A stretch of DNA of 64,000 nt from the human T2T-CHM13v2.0 reference genome, Homo sapiens: positions 12,736,001-12,800,000 of the forward strand of contig CP068257.2 of assembly GCA_009914755.4 (NCBI GenBank), written 5' to 3'. Each line of letters opens with the position of its first letter. The first letter of the stretch is position 1. The translations under genes and the position numbers were made by a program. The notes under the pieces were generated by a model, which saw only the letters and a program-made list of their open reading frames with translations, was not told where the DNA came from and ran no database searches. This document shows positions 25,151 to 37,638 of the stretch, piece after piece.

Positions 25151-25449
25151 CAGGTCTAGTATCCCTAATCTGAAAATCCTAAATTTGAAATGCTTCAAAA
25201 TCTGCAACTTTTTCAGTGCCAATATGATGCTGAAGAGAAACACTCATTGGAGCATTTAGGATTTAGCATTTTTGGGTTAAGAAAGCTGAACCAGTAAGTA
25301 TAATGCAAATAATCCAAAATCCAAGAAATACTTGTTAACTTGGTGTTCTTGCAAGGATGAACCCCATGCAAGTGTCTCACCCTTTCAATTGTCTTGAGAA
25401 TTCAAAACACTCTGTTCCTAAGAATTTCAGATAAGGGATACTCAACCTG
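25151..25449. mobile_element. non-autonomous Tc1/mariner-type (Tigger/pogo-like) DNA transposon relic (MITE-like) with TA target duplication, inserted in L1 ORF1
   Basis: The left end reads caggtctagtatccctaatct. The right end, ..agataagggatactcaacctg, is its imperfect reverse complement (caggttgagtatcccttatct), giving TIRs of about 21-23 bp. TA dinucleotides flank both ends (25149-25150 and 25450-25451). The interior contains a hairpin-prone gaaatgcttcaaaa...cattggagcatttagg. Confidence 0.55.
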
Positions 25450-25451
25450 TA

Positions 25452-26139
25452 TCTAGTTAGAGAAGAAAAAAGAAAAAAGTGAAGAAATTCAATGAGATTT
25501 ATGGGACACCACTATGCAAACTGATGTATGCATTATGGAAATCTCAGAGGGAGAAGAGAGAGAGAGGGCAACAAAGTTTATTTAAAGAACAATGGCTGAA
25601 AACTTTCTAATTTTGGGAGAGATATGGACATCCCAAACTGTGAAACTCAAAAGTCCCCAAATGGGTTCAACACAAAGAGTCCTTTAGCATAAGACACATT
25701 ATATTATATTGTCAAGAGTTAATAAGACACGTTATATTAAATTGTCAAGAGTTAATAAGACACGTTATATTAAATTGTCAAGAGTTGGACAGAATTTGAA
25801 AACAGCAATAGAAAAGTGACATGGCACATACAGAGGAATGACTATTAGAGTATAAGCAGATTTTTCAGCAGAAACCTTATAGCCTGGAGACAATGGGATG
25901 ATATATTCAAAGTGCTAAAAGGAAAATATCATCCACCAAAAAGACTACCTCTAACAAAGATGTCCTTCAAAAATAAAGTAGAAATAAAAGCTTTTCCAAA
26001 CATGCAATAAGTGAGACAGTTCAATACCACTAGACCCATCTCATAAGTAATGCTAACAGAATTCTTCAAGCAGAAATTATAGGACACTAACAACTAACAT
26101 GAAGATATATGATGTATAAAATTCCTTGGTAGGAGCAAG
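25452..26139 (+). mobile_element. older L1 (copy A) ORF1 continuation
   Basis: The segment includes tatgggacaccactatgcaaactgatgtatgcattatggaaatctcagagggagaagagagagagagggcaac..aatggctgaaaactttc and ...cattatattatattgtcaagag, which is collinear with the L1 ORF1 middle and C-terminal coding sequence. Confidence 0.7.
25689..25787. repeat. 33-bp x3 perfect or near-perfect tandem repeat inside the L1 ORF1 remnant
   Basis: The three units are ataagacacattatattatattgtcaagagtta, ataagacacgttatattaaattgtcaagagtta and ataagacacgttatattaaattgtcaagagttg. Confidence 0.9.
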
Positions 26140-29100
26140 ATGACAGAAAAGAAAGCTCCACCAATTGACCGCACACACCCTTGCAAGAACAGCAAGTTAA
26201 TAAGTGTCTTTAGAGAAAAAAACACCTTTCTAAGAACCAGCGATCAGATGAGCACTCACAGTACCTGGTTTTCACATCATATAGCAGAAAGAGGCACTGA
26301 AGAGATAGAAAAAGCTGTCCTAAACCACTGATGTCACCCTTATGTAACCCCCGGCAGTGGCAAAGTGATGCAGACAGCATCTCTGGGTGATGGGGGAAGA
26401 ACACAGCAATTGTGAGCCATTGAACTCAGTGCTGTACTATTAGAGAAGAAAGGAAATCCGAACCAAACTTAGTCGATGTTAGCCCACAGAGGGAGCATTT
26501 AAACTAGCCTGAGCCAGAAGAGAATCACTGACCCCAGCATTCTGAACTTGAGTGCCTGAAAACCTCACCACTGAGAGCTACAGCACTCAGTGTAGCTGAG
26601 TAACTCCAGGTAAACTTGAAAGGCAGTCTAGTCCATAAGGACTGCAACTCTTGGGCGAGTCCTAATGCTGAACTAGGCCCAGAGGCAGTGAACTGAGTGG
26701 GCATAGAACATACTGAGACACCAGCTGGGGCAGCTAAGGGAGTGCTGGCGTCCCCCCACCCATAATCCAGGCTGCACAGCTCAAGGTTCGAAGAGAGACC
26801 CCTTCCTTCCAGTTGAGGAGAAGAGAAGGAAGAGTGGGGAGGACTTTGTCTTGCATCTGGGATAGCAGCTCAGCCACAACATGATAAGGCACCAGCCAGA
26901 GTTGTTAGGCCCCTGTTCCAGGAACTAGCTCCCAAATGACATTTCTAGGCACACCCTGGGCCACAAGAGGACCAGACACATTGAAGGAAAGGACTCAGTC
27001 GTGGCAATAGTTATCACCTGCTAACTGAAGAGCCCTTGGACCCTGAATAATCAGCAGAAAGTCCCAGGTACTATATTGAGGTCTCAGGTGAACCTCTGAG
27101 ACTTGCTGGCTTCAGGTAAGACTCAGGATATTACCAGCTATTGTTTTGTGAGAAACTCCTTCTGCTTGCAAAAAGCAGAGGGAAAAGTAAAGGGACTCTG
27201 TCTTTCATTTTAGGTACCAGCACAGCCACAGGGGGGTAGAGCACAAAGCAGGCTCTAAGGGTCTCCTATTCCAGGACTTGCCTCTTGGATGGCATTTCTA
27301 GACCTGCCCTGGACCAGAGGGGAGCCCACTTCCCCGAAGAGAGTCCAGGCAGCATTTACAACAAGCTGACTTAAGAGACCTTGGGCCTTATGGGAACATT
27401 GGCAGTAGTCTGGCAGTACTCCCTGTGACTTGGGGTGGTAGTGCCTACAGAGTGAAACTCCTCTGCCTTTGGAAAGGGGAGGAGATAGTGGGAAGGACTG
27501 CATCTTGTGGTTTGAGTGCCAGATCAGCTGCAATGTGATAGAAGACCAGGTTGACTTCAAAGGTTTTGACTCTAGTTCCTGACCCCCAAATGGCATTTCT
27601 GAATCCACCTGGGGCCTCAGAGATCTCACCACACTGAAGGGAAGAACACAGGCCTGGCTGGAATGGCCGTCTACTCATTGTAGGGGCCAAGGGCCTTGAG
27701 TCAGTACAAGAAGTAGCTGGGGAGTGGTTACAGATCTTGGGCAAGACCCTGTGCTGCGCTGGCTTCAGGTCTGACCCAGCACAGTCATAGTAGTGATAGC
27801 CACAGGGGTGCCAGTGTCACTCCCCCTCTAGCTTTTGGTAGCTCAGAACACAAAGAGAGACTCTGTATGTTTGGGAGAAAGTAACAAAAGAGAACAAGAA
27901 TCTCTGACTGGTAATCCAGGGAGTTCTCCTGGATTCAGTCGAAAATAACCAAGGAGGTGCTTCTACAAGTCTGCAAGAACCACAGTGCTACTGTGCTTGG
28001 GGAGTCCCCTAAAGAAGATTGAGCTTAGATCACAAAACTCAAGTCCTTTCAAATATCTGGAAAGGCTCCCCAAGAGGAACAGCTACAAATAACCCCAGAC
28101 AGTGAAGGCTGCAATAAATACTTAACCTCCTTAATGCCCAGACACTGAAAAACATCTACTAGCATCAGCACCATCCAGGAAAACCTTATCTCACCAAGTA
28201 AACTAAATAAGGCACCAGGGACCAATCCTGGAGAAACAGAGACGTGACCTTTCAGAGAATTCAAAATAGATGTGTTGAGGAAACTCAGATAAATTCAGGA
28301 TAACACAGAGAAGGAATTCAGAATTCTATTCAGTAAATTAACTAAGAGATTAAAATGATTAAAAAGAATCAAGCAGAAATTCTGGAGCTCAAAAATGCAT
28401 TTGACATACTGAAGAATGCATCAAAGTCCTTTAATAGCAGAATTGATCAAGCAGAAGAATTAGTGACCTTCAAGACAGGCTATTGAAAATGCATGGTCAG
28501 AGAAGACAAAAGAAGAAAGAATAAAAAACAGGGAAGCACACCTATGGGATCTAGAATATAGCCTCTGAAGGGCAAATCTAAGAATTATTCGCCTTCAGGA
28601 GAAGGTAGAGAAAGCGATAGGAGTAAAAAGTTTATTCAAAGCGAAAATAACAGAGAACTTTTCAAACCTAGAGAAAGATATCAACATGCAAGTACAAGAA
28701 GGTTATAGAACACTAAGCAGATTTAACCCAAAGAAGACTATCTTAAGGTATTTAATAATCAGACTCCCAAAGGTCAAGGATAAACAAAGAATTCTAAAAG
28801 CAGCAAGAGAAAAGAAACAAGTAACATACAATCAGAAAAGAAACATATAACTTAAGATTACGTTTATGTCATTTGTTTCCTTTCTCTTGCTGCTTTTAGC
28901 TCTAATATGTCTGGCAGCAGACATTTCAGTGGAAGCCTTACAGGCCGGGAGAGAGTGGCATGACACATTTATCATGCTCAAGGAAAATAACTTTTACCCT
29001 AAAATAGTATATCTGGTGAAAATATCCTTGAAACATGTAGGAGAAATAAAGACTTTTCCAGACAAACAAAAGCCGAGAGATTTCATCAATATCAGACCTG

Positions 29101-31874
29101 TCCTATAAGAAATGTTAAAGTGAGTACTTCAATCAGAAAGAAAATGACATTAATGAGTAATAAATAATCACCTGAATGTACGAAACTTACTGGTAACAGT
29201 AAGTACACAGAAAAACACAGAACATTATAACACAGTAACTGTGGTGTGTAAACTACTTTTATCCTAAGGAGGAAGATTAAATGATGAACCAATAAAAATA
29301 ATAACTATAGCAATTTTTCAAGACATAGTCAGTACAATAAGATATAAATAGAAACAACAAAAAGTTACAAAACAGGAGGATGAAGTTAAGACATAGAGTT
29401 ATTCATTTTCTTTTTGCTTGTTTATACAAATAGCATTGTTGTTATCAGGTTAAAGTAATGGGTTATAAGATAGCATTTCCAAGCCTCTTGGTAACCTCAA
29501 ACCAAAAAACATACAATGGATACACAAAAAATAAAAAGCAAGAAGCTACATTATATCACCAGAGAGAAAGTTATTTTCACTAGTGCAAAACAGGAAGGAA
29601 AGAAAAAAGGAAGAGAAGATCATAAAACAACCAGGAAACAGACAACAAAATGGCAAGAGTAATTCCTTACTTATCAATAATAACATTGAGTGTAAGTAAA
29701 TATACTAAACTCTTCAATAAAAAGATATAGCATGGCTGAATGGATAAAAAACAAGACCCTTTGGTCTGTTTCCTACAACAAACACACTTCACCTATAAAG
29801 AAACATATAGACCGAAAATAACGGGATAGGAGAAGATCTTCCATGCCATTGAAACCAAAAAACAACAGGAGTGACTATACTTATATAAGACAAAATAGAT
29901 TTCAAGACAAAAACTATAAGAAGAGACAAAGAAGGTCACGATTTAATGATGAAGGGATCTATTCAGCAAGAAGATATAACAATTTTAAATATATATGCAT
30001 CCAACATGGGAGCACCCAGATATATACAGGAAATATTATTAGAGCTAAAGAGAGAGATAATTCCTGATACAATAATAGTTGGAGACTACAACACCTCACT
30101 TTCAGCATTGGACAGATCTTCCAGATGGAAAATCAACAAAGAAACATTAGACTTAATCTGCACTATAGATCAAATGGATCTAATAAATATTTAAGGAACA
30201 TTTTATTTAAGAGCTGACAAATAAACATTTTTTCCTCAGCAAATAGATCATTCTCAAGGATAGACCCTATGTTAGGTCACAAAACAAATCCTAAAACATT
30301 TAAAAATTGAAATAATATTAAGCATCTTCTGTGACAACAATGGAATAAAAATAGAAACTAATAACAAGAGTAATTTGGGAAACTATACAAGTACATGGAA
30401 ATTAAACCATATGCTCCTAATGACCAATGGGCCAATGAATAAATTAATAAAGAAATTGAAAAGTTTCTTGGAACAAATGATAATGGGAACAAAACATACC
30501 AAAACCTATGGGATGCAGCAAAATAAGTACTAAGAGGGAAGTTTATAGCTATAAGTGCCTACATCAAAAAAGAGGAAAAACTTCAAATAAACAATCTAAT
30601 GTTTCATCTTAAAGAACTAGAAAAGAAAGAGCAAAACAAACCCAAAATTAGTAGCAGAAAAGATGAGAACAGAAATAAATGAAATTGAAATAAAAAAATA
30701 CAAAAGATCAATGAAACAAAAAGTTGGTTTTTTAAAAAGTTAAACAAAATTGACAAACTTTCAGCCAGACTGAGAAAAAAGAGAGAAGATCCTAAGAAAA
30801 AGGACAGAAGATCCAAATAAATAAATAAAGTCAGAAATGAAAAAAAGAGACATTACAACGGATATGGCAGAAATTCAAAGGATCATTAGTGGCTACTATG
30901 AGCAACTCTGTGCCAATAAATTGGAAACTCTAGAAGAAATGGAGAAATTTGTAGATACATACAACCTACCAAGATTGAACTTGTGAGAAATTCAAATCCT
31001 GAACAGACCAATAACAAGTAACAAGACCGAAGCTGGAATAAAAAGTCTCCCATTAAAAAAAAAAAAGCCCTGGACCTGACAGCTTTACCTCTGAATTCTA
31101 CCAGACATTTAAAGAAGAATTAATACCAATCCCACTCAAACTCTTCTCAAAGATAGAGGATGAGGAAATAATTCCAAACTCATCCTATGAGGCCAGTATT
31201 ATAATATATTAAAACCAGACAAAAGACACATCAGTAAAAGAAAACTACAGGCCAATATCACTCATGAATATTGATGCAAAAATCAACAAAATAGTAGGAA
31301 ATTGAATGCAACAATACATTAGAAAGATCTTTCATCATGACCAAGTGAGATTTATCCCTGGGATGCAAGGATAGTTCATCATACATAAATCAATCAATGT
31401 GATACATTATATCAGCAGAATGAAGAATAAAAACCATAGGATCATTTCAATTGATGCTGAAAAAGAATTTAATAAAATTCAGCATCCCTTCATGATAAAA
31501 ATTCTCAAAAAAACTGGGAACAGAAGAAACATACTTCAACAACATTAAAGCCGTATATGACAGACCCAAGATAGTATCATACTGAATAGGGAAAAACTGA
31601 AAACCTTTCCTCTATGATCTGGTACACAACAAGAATTCCTACCATCGCCACTGTTATTCAGCATAACACTGGAAGTCCTAGCTAGAGCAATCAGACAGGA
31701 GAAGGCTATAAAGAACATCCACATTGCAAAGGAAGAAGTCAAATTATCCTTGTTTATAGATGATAGGATCTTATATTTGGAAAAACGTAAATTCTCCACA
31801 GGAAAACTACTGGAACTGATAAAAGGAATTTAGCAAAGTTTCAAGATACAAAATATACAAACCAAAATCTGTAC

Positions 31875-32232
31875 TTTTTGTTTTGTTTTTGAGACAGGGT
31901 CTTACTCTGTTGCCCAGGCTGGAGTACAGTAGCCATTTTGGCTTACTGCAGCCTTGATTTCCCAGGCTAAAGTGACCCTCACACCACCTTAGCCTCCCAG
32001 GCAGCTGAGACTACAGGTGTGCACCACCATACCCAGCTTTTATATATATATGTATTTTTATTTTATTTTATTTTATTTTATTTTATTTTATTTTATTTTA
32101 TTTATTTTTCTTTGTAGAGATGAGATTCCACCATGTTGCCCAGGCTGGTCTCAAACTCCTGAGGTCAAGTGATTCACCTGCTGTGGCCTCCCAAAGTGCT
32201 AAGATTACAGGTGTGTGCCATCATGCCTGGCC
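31875..32232 (-). mobile_element. Alu SINE inserted in L1 copy B; exact 11-bp TSD
   Basis: The element begins tttttgttttgtttttgagacagggtcttactctgttgcccaggctggagtacagt and ends ggcctcccaaagtgctaagattacaggtgtgtgccatcatgcctggcc. Its linker carries a (TTTTA)n run. The TSD aaaatctgtac sits at 31864-31874 and 32233-32243. Confidence 0.92.
32052..32100. repeat. (TTTTA)n/(ATTTT)n pentanucleotide repeat in the Alu linker
   Basis: The run reads tatttttattttattttattttattttattttattttattttattta. Confidence 0.9.
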
Positions 32233-35200
32233 AAAATCTGTACCATTTCTACATGCCAACAGTGAACATTATGAAAGAGAACTAAAGCAATGCAGTCCCA
32301 TTTACAATAGCCACATGTAAAGTGAAATAGATAGGAATTAACCAAAGGAATAAAACATTTCTATAATGAAAAGTATAAAATACTGATAAAATAAATGTAA
32401 GAGGACACTGAAAGGTGGAAAAATAGTCCATGTTCATGGATTGGAAGAATCAGTATTGTTGACATGTTCATACTACCTGAAACAATCTACAGATTTAATG
32501 CAATATCTATAAAAATATCAATGACATTCTTCACAGAAATAGAAAAAACAGTCCTAAAATTTATACGGAACAACAAATACCCAGAAAATCCAAAGCTATC
32601 CTGAGCAAAAAGAACAAAACTGGGACAATTTTGTTACCTGACTTCAAATTATACTACAGAGCTATAGTAACCAAAACAGCATGGTGCTGACATAAAAACA
32701 AACAGATAAGCACATAGACCAATGGAACAGAATAGAGAACCCAGAAGCAAATTTACACACCTAGAGTAAGTCACTCTTGACAAAGGTGCCAAGAACATAC
32801 ACTGGGAAAAGACAGTATCTTCAATAAATTGTCCTAGGAAAACTGGATATCTGTATGCAGAAGAATAAAACTAGACCCCTATCTAACACCATTAAAAAAT
32901 ACAATCAAAATGGATTAAAGACTTAAATCTAAGACCTCAAACTATGAAACTACTACAGGAAAAATTTGGAGAAAATCTCCATGACATTGGTCTGGGCAAA
33001 GATTTCTTGAGTTGTGGTCCATAAGCACAGGGAACCAAGGCAAAAATGGAGAAATAGGAAAACATTAAGTTAAAAAGCTTCTGAACAGTAAAGGATATAG
33101 TCAACAAAGTGAAGATACAACCCACAGAATGGGAGAAAATATTTGCAAATTCCCAATCTGACAAGGAATTAACAACCAGAAAATATATGAAGCACAAACA
33201 ACTCTATAGGAAAAAAAAATTTAATAATGAAAATTAAGCAAAAGATTTGAATAGGCATTTCCAAAAGAAGACATACAAATGGCAAACAGGCATATGAAAA
33301 AACGCTTAAGGTTATTGATTATCACAGAAATGCAAATCAAAACTACAATGAGATATCATCTCACCCCAGTTAAAATGACTGTTATTCAAAAGACAGGCAA
33401 TAACAAATGTTGACGAGGATGTGGAGTAAATGGAACCCTTGTACACCATTGTTGGGGTTGTAAATGAGTATAATCACTATGGAGAGCAGTTTGGAGGTTT
33501 CTCAGAAAACTGAAAATTGAGTTACCACCTGATGCAGCAATCCCACTGCTGGGTATATGCCCAAAAGAAAGGAAATCAGTGTATTGAAGAGATATCTACA
33601 CTCCTGTGTTTTTTGCAGTACTGTCTACAAAGGCTATGATTTGGAAGCAACCTCAGTGTCTATCAACAGATGAATGAATAAAAACAATGAAGTAATATTC
33701 AGCCATAAAAATAGAATGATATCCAGTCATTTGCAACGACTTCAATGGAACTGGAGACCATTATGTTAAGTGAAATCAGTTAGGCACAGAAAGAGAAACA
33801 TTGCATGTTCTGACTTATCTGTGGTATGTAAAAATCAAAACAGTTAAACTCATGGACATAGAGAGTAGTAGAAGGATGGGTTACCAGAAGCTGGGAAGGG
33901 TAGTGGGGGGTTGGAGGAGAGGTGGGGATGGTTAATGGGTACAAAAAAATAGTGAGAAAGAATGAATAAGACCTACAATTTGATAGCACAAAAGGGTGAC
34001 TATAGTCAATAAGACCTTAATTGTACATTTTAAAATAACTTAAAGAGTATATTTGGATTGTTTGTAACTCAAAAGATAAATGCTTGAGAAGATGAATGCC
34101 CCATTTGCCATGATGTGTTTATTTCACATTGCATGCCTGTATCAAAACATCTCATATAACCCATAAATATATACACCTACTGTGTACCCACAAAAATTTT
34201 TTAAAAATCACTGGTACCGGTAAATAAATCATCAAATAAAGAACACTGTAATACTGTAATGATGGAGTGTAGATCAATTTTATCTCCAATATAAGATTAG
34301 AAGATGAAACTACTAGAAATGACCATAGCTGCAATAATTTGGTAAGGGATACATAACATAAAAAATGTAAATTTTAACATAATAAATATAAAGTATGAAA
34401 GGAGATTAAAAGTATAGAGTTTATGTGATTGAACTTATTACCAGCATAAAATAGACTGTTATAACTATAAAATGTTTTATGCAAGCCTCATGGTAACCAC
34501 AAAAAAAAAACAACTAAAGTAGATATACAAATGATTAAGGAAAAGGATTACAAAAATAGCAACACATGAAATCATCAAATCACAAAGAAATATAGCAGGA
34601 GAGGAAGAAACAAAGTATATACAAAGCAACAAGACACAATTAACAAGTGACAGCAGTAAGTTCTTACCAACTGATAATTACCTTATATGTAAATTGATTG
34701 AATTATCCAACAAAACACAGAATGACCAAATGGTTTAAATAAAAACACACCCAACTGTACGCTTCCTACAAGAGATTTACTTTAATCTTAAAGACATACG
34801 TAGGCTCAATGTTAAGGTATGGAAAAATATATTTCATGAAAAATGATAACCAAAAGGTGGCTATAATTACATTAGACAAAATAGACTTTAAGTTAAAAAC
34901 TGTCACAAGAGACAAAGAAGAACATTATATGATAATAAAGGTGTCAATTCATCAAGAGGATATAACAATTGTAAATAAATATGCCCCCATAAGTGGAGCA
35001 CCTGAATATATAAAGCAAATCTTAACAGATCTGAAGGAAGAAATAGACAGCAATGCAATGACAGTAGGGGACTTCAATATCTTACTATCAACAATGGATA
35101 GATCACCCAGACAGAAAATCAATAAGGGAATATTGGACTTGACATACAGTTTAGAAAAATTGGACATAATAGAGGTATACCACACCTTCCACCCGATATT

Positions 35201-35392
35201 AGCAGAATGCACATTCTTCTCAAGCACACATGAAACATTCTCCAGGATAGACATGTTAGCCACAAAACAAATGTTAGCAAATTTGTTTTTTAAAGAAGAA
35301 ATTTAAGAAGATTGAAGTCATGTCAAGTGTCTTTTCTGACCATATTGGTATGTAACTGAAATCAGTAACAAGAGGAAAACCAGAAAATTCAC

Positions 35393-35759
35393 TGTATCAG
35401 TCCCTTTTCACACTGCTATAAAGATACTACCTGAGACTGTGTAATTTATAAATAAAGAGGGTTTAACTGACTTACAGTTCCACATGGCTGGGGAGGCCTC
35501 AGGAAACTTACAACAATAGCAGAAGGGAAAGCAGGCATGTCTTACATGGTGGCAGGCAAGAGCAAAAGAGCACAGAGAAAACTGCCACTTATAAAACCAT
35601 CAGATCTAGTGAGAACTTACTGTCATGAGAACAACCTGGAGGAAACCACCCCCATGATCAAATCATCTTCCATCACTTCCCTCCCCTGACATGTGGGAAT
35701 TATAATTCAGATTATAATTCCAGATAAGATTTGGGTGGGGACACAGCCAGACCATATCA
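35393..35759 (-). mobile_element. ERVL-MaLR solo LTR (THE1/MST-like), reverse complement; 5-bp TSD
   Basis: The LTR begins tgtatcagtcccttttcacactgctataaagatactacctgagactgtgtaatttataaataaagagggtttaactgacttacagttccacatggctggggaggcctcaggaaacttacaa and ends agatttgggtggggacacagccagaccatatca. This is the reverse complement of the THE1 terminus tgatatggtttggctgtgtcc. The TSD ttcac sits at 35388-35392 and 35760-35764. Confidence 0.8.
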
Positions 35760-35961
35760 TTCACAAATATGTGGGGATTAAACAGCATGCTTCTGAACAA
35801 CCAATGGTTCAAAGATGAAATAGAAAGGAAAATTTGTAGAACTTATGAGACAAAAAAAGATGAAAACACAACATACCAAAAACCTAGGAGATGCAGCAAA
35901 AGCAGTTCTGAGAGGGAAGTTTATAACAGTAATTGTCTACATTAAGAAGTAGGAACATCTA

Positions 35962-36282
<321 letters not shown>

Positions 36283-37299
36283 CTAATGTTATACCTCAAG
36301 GAACTAGAAGAAGAAGAACAAACTAAACTTAAAGTAAGCATGAAAAAGAAAATAATAGCTATCAGAGCAAAAGTAAACCAAAAGAATATAGAAATAGAAA
36401 AATCAATAAAACTAAGAGTTGATTTATTGAACAAATAAAATATATACATACCGTTCTGGACTAAGCCAAAAAAAAAAAAAAGGGAGAAGACTAAATAAAT
36501 AGAATCAGAAATGAATGTGAAGACATTATAATAGATGCCTTAGAAATAAGGATAATTAGAGACAAATATGAGCAATTAATTATATGCCATTAAATTGGAT
36601 AATCTGCAGAAAAAAATAAATTTGTATAAACATACAACCCACCAAAACTGAATCAGGAAAATAATGAGAGCCTAAACAGAGTAATAGCAAATAAAGAGAT
36701 TGATGTGGTAATTAAAAACCTTCCAACAAAGAAAATTCCTGAATCAGATGGCGTAATGGCTGAATTCTAGCAAACATTGAAAAAATTAATATCAGTTCTT
36801 CTCAAACTCTTTCAAAAAATATATAACTTGAGGGAATACTTTCAAACTCATTTTATGAGGCCAGCATTATCCTTATATTAAAGTCAGACAAAAGCGCTAC
36901 AAGAAAAAAAAAGCTTACAAGTCAATATCTCTGATGACCACAGTTGCAAAAATCCTCAGTAAAATCGTAGCAAACCAAATTCAACAACATATTGAAAAGA
37001 TTATACATTATGACCAAGTGGGATTTATCCCTGGTATCTAAGATTGGTTTAACATATTCAAATCAATCAATGCGATATCTCACATTAACAGAATGGAAGA
37101 CAAAACTCATAAGATTATTTTAGTAGATGCAGAAAAAGCATTCGACAAAGTTCGACATCCTTTCTTGATAAAAACTCTCAACAAATACTACCAAGAGCAA
37201 TCGGACAAGAAAAAGAAATGGAAGATATCCAGATTGGAAAAGAAGTAAAATTATTCTATCTGCAGATGACATGATCCTATATGTTGAAAAACCTAAAGG

Positions 37300-37321
37300 A
37301 CACACACACACACACACACAG
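37300..37321. repeat. (CA)n microsatellite
   Basis: The run reads ggacacacacacacacacacacagacac. Confidence 0.9.
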
Positions 37322-37638
37322 ACACTTAAAACAGATGAATTCAGTAAATTTACAGGATACAAAATTGACATTCAAAAATGAGTTACATTTCTTTATACCA
37401 GTAATGATCTATCAGAAAAACAAATAAAAAAGATAAAGATAATCCCTTTTACTATAGAATCAAAAAGAATAAAATACTTAGAAATAAGTTTAATCAAAAA
37501 GATGGAAAATCTGTACACTGAAAGCTATTAAACACTAATGAAAGAAATTAAAGACACAAATACATGGAAAGCTATCTCATGTTCATGGGCTGAAAGAATT
37601 AATTCTGTTAAAATGTCCACATTACCCAAAGAACTATA

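Larger units (their letters stand above)
26140..34214 (+). mobile_element. full-length older L1 (copy B; L1PA-old or L1PB-like): long 5'UTR with tandem monomers, ORF1, ORF2 and 3'UTR. An Alu is inserted at 31875-32232. ORFs are disrupted.
   Basis: The 5'UTR spans 26140 to about 28250. ORF1 spans about 28260-29110 and ends ..EWHDTFIMLKENNFYPKIVYLVKISLKHVGEIKTFPDKQKPRDFINIRPVL (ORF 28866..29108). The ORF2 endonuclease region appears in ORF 29946..30194 (..EDITILNIYASNMGAPRYIQEILLELKREIIPDTIIVGDYNTSLSALDRSSRWKINKETLDLICTIDQMDLI). The RT region is around 31300-31800 (hdqvrfipgmqg, ...[19 protein letters not shown]). The 3' end at 33200-34214 reads ..aaatgcaaatcaaaactacaatgagatatcatctcaccccagttaaaatg... 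Confidence 0.85.

Noticed and set aside
25689-25787. Regular short direct repeats, such as the 33-bp x3 block and the 70-bp array, checked as possible CRISPR arrays
   Set aside because: There are no unique spacers between repeats. The units are contiguous and sit inside eukaryotic L1 sequence. A eukaryotic genome context makes CRISPR inapplicable.
26140-34214. Target-site duplication for the full-length L1 copy B (and for several Alus at 9985, 20361, 35962, 43376 and 59785)
   Set aside because: I looked for TSDs but found only short, low-complexity or imperfect candidates (for example tcat(t)tc(t)tttt around the Alu at 9985). None are convincing, so no TSD is claimed.
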